From: a virus
Taxonomy: Duplodnaviria; Caudoviricetes
Virus record (IMG/VR): IMGVR_UViG_3300017774_005665
Location: 1 to 26,532 of that record
Reading direction: 5' to 3' (one strand)
Length of the DNA: 26,532 nt
Made by a program: the position numbers and the translations under genes. Below are positions 24,901 to 26,532 of this stretch, in pieces. Under the pieces are notes generated by a model. The model was not told the origin of the DNA. It worked only from the letters and a program-made list of their open reading frames with translations, and searched no databases. The first letter of the stretch is position 1. Each line of letters opens with the position of its first letter.

Positions 24901-26532
24901 GCCGCTTGTCATAGACATGTCCTTTATTCTCGACAAAAAAGAGGACGCTTTGTACCTTGCTGAAAATGGAGAGCAGGAAGCAATTTTCGACATCTCCGCT
25001 GGGGTCGCAATCGACACAGCAGAAGGCATCAGCCAACTACGAGCCGGTGGCGTTTACTCGCCCAACGACAGGGGAAGACTACAAGAGTTGGGTGGACAAA
25101 TTGATTACATCGCTGGACGAAAAGGGAGTTTTCGGGCAGCGGCAGACCGCATTGGACGAACCATCCGACCAGCTAACAACCAAGCAGCAGAAGACAATCG
25201 GGCGCAAAGCGTACCGCAAGAGGGGTCGCCAGAAGTAGCAGCTTCCGCGAGGGGTTCCAGATCCCTCAATCTTAGCCCCAAAGAGCGTGGGGATCTTGGC
25301 TTCTGGGTAAGTCAGCGAATTCCTAATGCCGTAAAGAAATCTGAGGACGGCCTTAACTCTGATCTCGTTATCGGCTTGGATGCCATCCTGTCAGACAAGA
25401 ATCTAGCCGCCAAACAGGCGGACTATTTTAGAAGATACATAGGCTGGAAGACGGAGGCCAAGACAGACGAGGATGTAATTAAAGACTTCTCGAATCACAT
25501 TAAGGCCAACCTCCTGTACCTATATGATTCTTACGACCCTAATCTAAGGGAGCGGGCTAAGCAGTGGTATCAGGGTGGCAGAAAGATTGCCGATGAGTGG
25601 GCTTCTAAGTATGGCTATACGACTCCGCAAGTAGCGGCCGTTATCGCGTCCCTATCTCCAAGAGCCAACTGGTTTGTTAATCTGACAATGGCCGAGCGTC
25701 TGATTGACATACACACCAAGGCGAAGGACAAGCCGTTTACCGAAGCGATGATGAAGGAGGCCAGAAAAATCTTAAAGCCATTCCAGTATCGGACTGTAAA
25801 AAACTCTCTCGGCAAGACCTACGCGCAGCTAACCAGCAACTTTGAAAAAGCTATCTTCATCAGGGTTTATGACCAAACCAACAATGACAGATCCTACTAC
25901 GCCTACTCTCCGGAAGGCAGCAGGCTAGGAAAGTTTAAGACCAAAGCCGGAGAGGACGCAAAGACAGCTTGGACTTCGTTTGGATTTATCGCCAAGGGGG
26001 TGAGCGTACTCGAGAATGGGAGCAGAGAGAACATCAGCAAGATTCTTGGTGGCGAGCACAAGGTAAGAAATTTCTACAACAACATCCTTCTCCCCAACCT
26101 ATCTGACTTCGGGGATGTAACAATCGACACGCACGCAGTAGCAGCAGGCTTATTGCGCCCCCTTTCCGGCAATGACTTCGAGGTTGGGCAGGCTCTTGGG
26201 GTTGGTGCTCCATCCTCAAGCCTGACTGGGGTGTCTGGTATGTATGGAGTTTATGCGGATGCCTACAGGAATGCGGCTGCCGAGCGAGGGGTCTTGCCCC
26301 GAGAGATGCAGAGCATTACTTGGGAGGCGGTCAGGGGTCTGTTCAAGCCCGCATTTAAAAATGCGAAAAATAAGGCTTTAATAAACAATACATGGAAGGA
26401 GTATTCAAAGGGTGAAGCAACCGCAGACAACACAAGGCGGCGAATCTCCAGCATCGCTGGAGGAATTGAAAGGCCTAGCTGGGCAGTTTCCGACTCTGGA
26501 GTATATGATCCTCAACAAAATTCCGCTAACAC
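21941..26532 (+). CDS. Giant polyvalent/internal virion protein, 3'-truncated (>1530 aa), not in the ORF track
   Basis: ATG 21941 (MALATWDEIK...). No stop in the segments I translated, and the track lists no closed ORF in this frame. Contains an A/G-rich membrane-like N-terminus (AEESLQEGFQQ...GGLVGG), HELGH at 24122-24136 with downstream EFFSE, a GFT...GGW...D.S...QEAIFD domain, and an SP...W..N / KVRNFYNNI / VTIDTHA / MQSITW domain. Confidence 0.9.
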   Translation, partial: MALATWDEIKAQIGYEDLSTEDRLIASDKYADYFRKYYTEVEPQDAQAVDEAASSFIYKNSDDELGSLNPVRRGAQFFAGIGRGLFDSASSSIKGVALAQQMIGEKTGAYADNDPVTERDAYQIGRDLDEFAKSAFGLEDPRLRNDFLNTLFPEAIGTALGFATAGGIAAGTLAVAAPAAAAAPIGLGLTGATAAASLATGALGTLQQGQQGYEEAKQYGADEGTARLSALINAPLGATEAIPFASQGVKLAGKFAGGLSGGALRSVFKTFGKDGILQGVAKTAAEESLQEGFQQLGGNIIAQNLYDPNRGTLEGVGTAMALGGLVGGTIGGGVNAIVRDNESFYADELGKDIEEKTALASAAVDERREQILYAARNAYRTSESKVDLETGEETSTEKSKTVFGDRLGGDVPDIGENPALNSVPIGRDIRQDKDGTNIETITYHTPMGLLWEAEFKSGQPIAVRDVTDTSPTLQPLREPQDPATARALGRGLKEEFGLETEGEMDRRLIDEATRRMQSGREGIGKEATPINQLETPRVPERDDAGVARQEQLAREIDRLYRLRDSSLAKQILTGQSPDAGSVGDGNPNTAVEVIKYDNNGRVVQPKAKPTQLVSRLNTMIAARERELRGLKARPESYIYASVRNQPPSYSQRAALVQGYERLWNSITSPQLRKQIDMEVGNIDEAAASMNLPLGAVAYYRKAIQGRKEMIFLSDKLATNQTVTREMLHELGHSFWHTLPAGIQSKVIQLWKAETGSRTGVLFEEGGALKPEVSPYVMTSPQEFFSERLSWTNDNWAKGRTEASGIMQKTGNGFRSMLDRFLRYTGHGERLNLEFKTFLNQGDRFAASRDRSVASFAAEGAQSGFDTGLKREVSASVRGMLDFGKIYDFVKSNEGGFTVDPVQFRMPQSGFVVAPSKKTEDSLVYEIEAGLGREGMIKALRSYLLSQEDLIKGFGFGKELVGVDGRGAFFGGWRKTEANGVAIPQDQQPLVIDMSFILDKKEDALYLAENGEQEAIFDISAGVAIDTAEGISQLRAGGVYSPNDRGRLQELGGQIDYIAGRKGSFRAAADRIGRTIRPANNQAAEDNRAQSVPQEGSPEVAASARGSRSLNLSPKERGDLGFWVSQRIPNAVKKSEDGLNSDLVIGLDAILSDKNLAAKQADYFRRYIGWKTEAKTDEDVIKDFSNHIKANLLYLYDSYDPNLRERAKQWYQGGRKIADEWASKYGYTTPQVAAVIASLSPRANWFVNLTMAERLIDIHTKAKDKPFTEAMMKEARKILKPFQYRTVKNSLGKTYAQLTSNFEKAIFIRVYDQTNNDRSYYAYSPEGSRLGKFKTKAGEDAKTAWTSFGFIAKGVSVLENGSRENISKILGGEHKVRNFYNNILLPNLSDFGDVTIDTHAVAAGLLRPLSGNDFEVGQALGVGAPSSSLTGVSGMYGVYADAYRNAAAERGVLPREMQSITWEAVRGLFKPAFKNAKNKALINNTWKEYSKGEATADNTRRRISSIAGGIERPSWAVSDSGVYDPQQNSAN
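24966..25238 (+). CDS. Candidate nested +1-frame gene A (90 aa) inside the giant gene
   Basis: Open frame across the inter-domain linker with a protein-like core FTRPTTGEDYKSWVDKLITSLDEKGVF. No good SD; the start is uncertain. Confidence 0.4.
   Translation: MESRKQFSTSPLGSQSTQQKASANYEPVAFTRPTTGEDYKSWVDKLITSLDEKGVFGQRQTALDEPSDQLTTKQQKTIGRKAYRKRGRQK
26412..26532 (+). CDS. Candidate nested +1-frame gene B, 3'-truncated
   Basis: TAA TAA at 26379-26384, AAGGAG at 26396-26401, GTG at 26412, then MKQPQTTQGGESPASLEELKGLAGQFPTLEYMILNKIPLT to the window end. Confidence 0.5.
   Translation, partial: MKQPQTTQGGESPASLEELKGLAGQFPTLEYMILNKIPLT

Noticed and set aside
676-26454. Numerous minus-strand ORFs in the track
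   Set aside because: All lie opposite well-supported plus-strand genes, lack recognisable motifs and look like antisense shadows.
1-26532. Stop-codon reassignment
   Set aside because: TAA, TAG and TGA all end genes at tight junctions and the core genes are full length in the standard code.
1-26532. CRISPR array, tRNA or rRNA genes
   Set aside because: No regularly spaced repeats or cloverleaf-compatible segment noticed; intergenic gaps are short.

Overview
A contiguous, all-plus-strand morphogenesis region of a tailed dsDNA phage with podovirus-like organisation, read in the standard genetic code. Gene order: 3' end of a small terminase, three small ORFs, large terminase, portal, a leucine-rich-repeat protein, a fibre-like protein, a lysis cassette (holin, overlapping spanin-like pair, M15 endolysin), scaffold, N4-gp56-type major capsid with terminator, PD-(D/E)XK endonuclease, fibre/adaptor/cupin/nozzle genes, and ejection-protein genes. 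The last 4.6 kb is one open frame absent from the supplied ORF track (21941 to window end, >1530 aa). It encodes a polyvalent virion protein with an HExxH metallopeptidase, an unassigned enzyme-like domain and an HhH-glycosylase-like domain, each preceded by an A-S-x-R motif. The most unusual signal is that a small +1-frame ORF is overprinted directly behind each of the two effector-like domains, resembling nested effector/inhibitor pairs. Also notable: a plant-type LRR protein with two inserted domains, five TTGAC-type promoters positioned to give leaderless mRNAs, and a repeated palindromic operator-like site. All family assignments come from motif recognition by eye; no searches were run.
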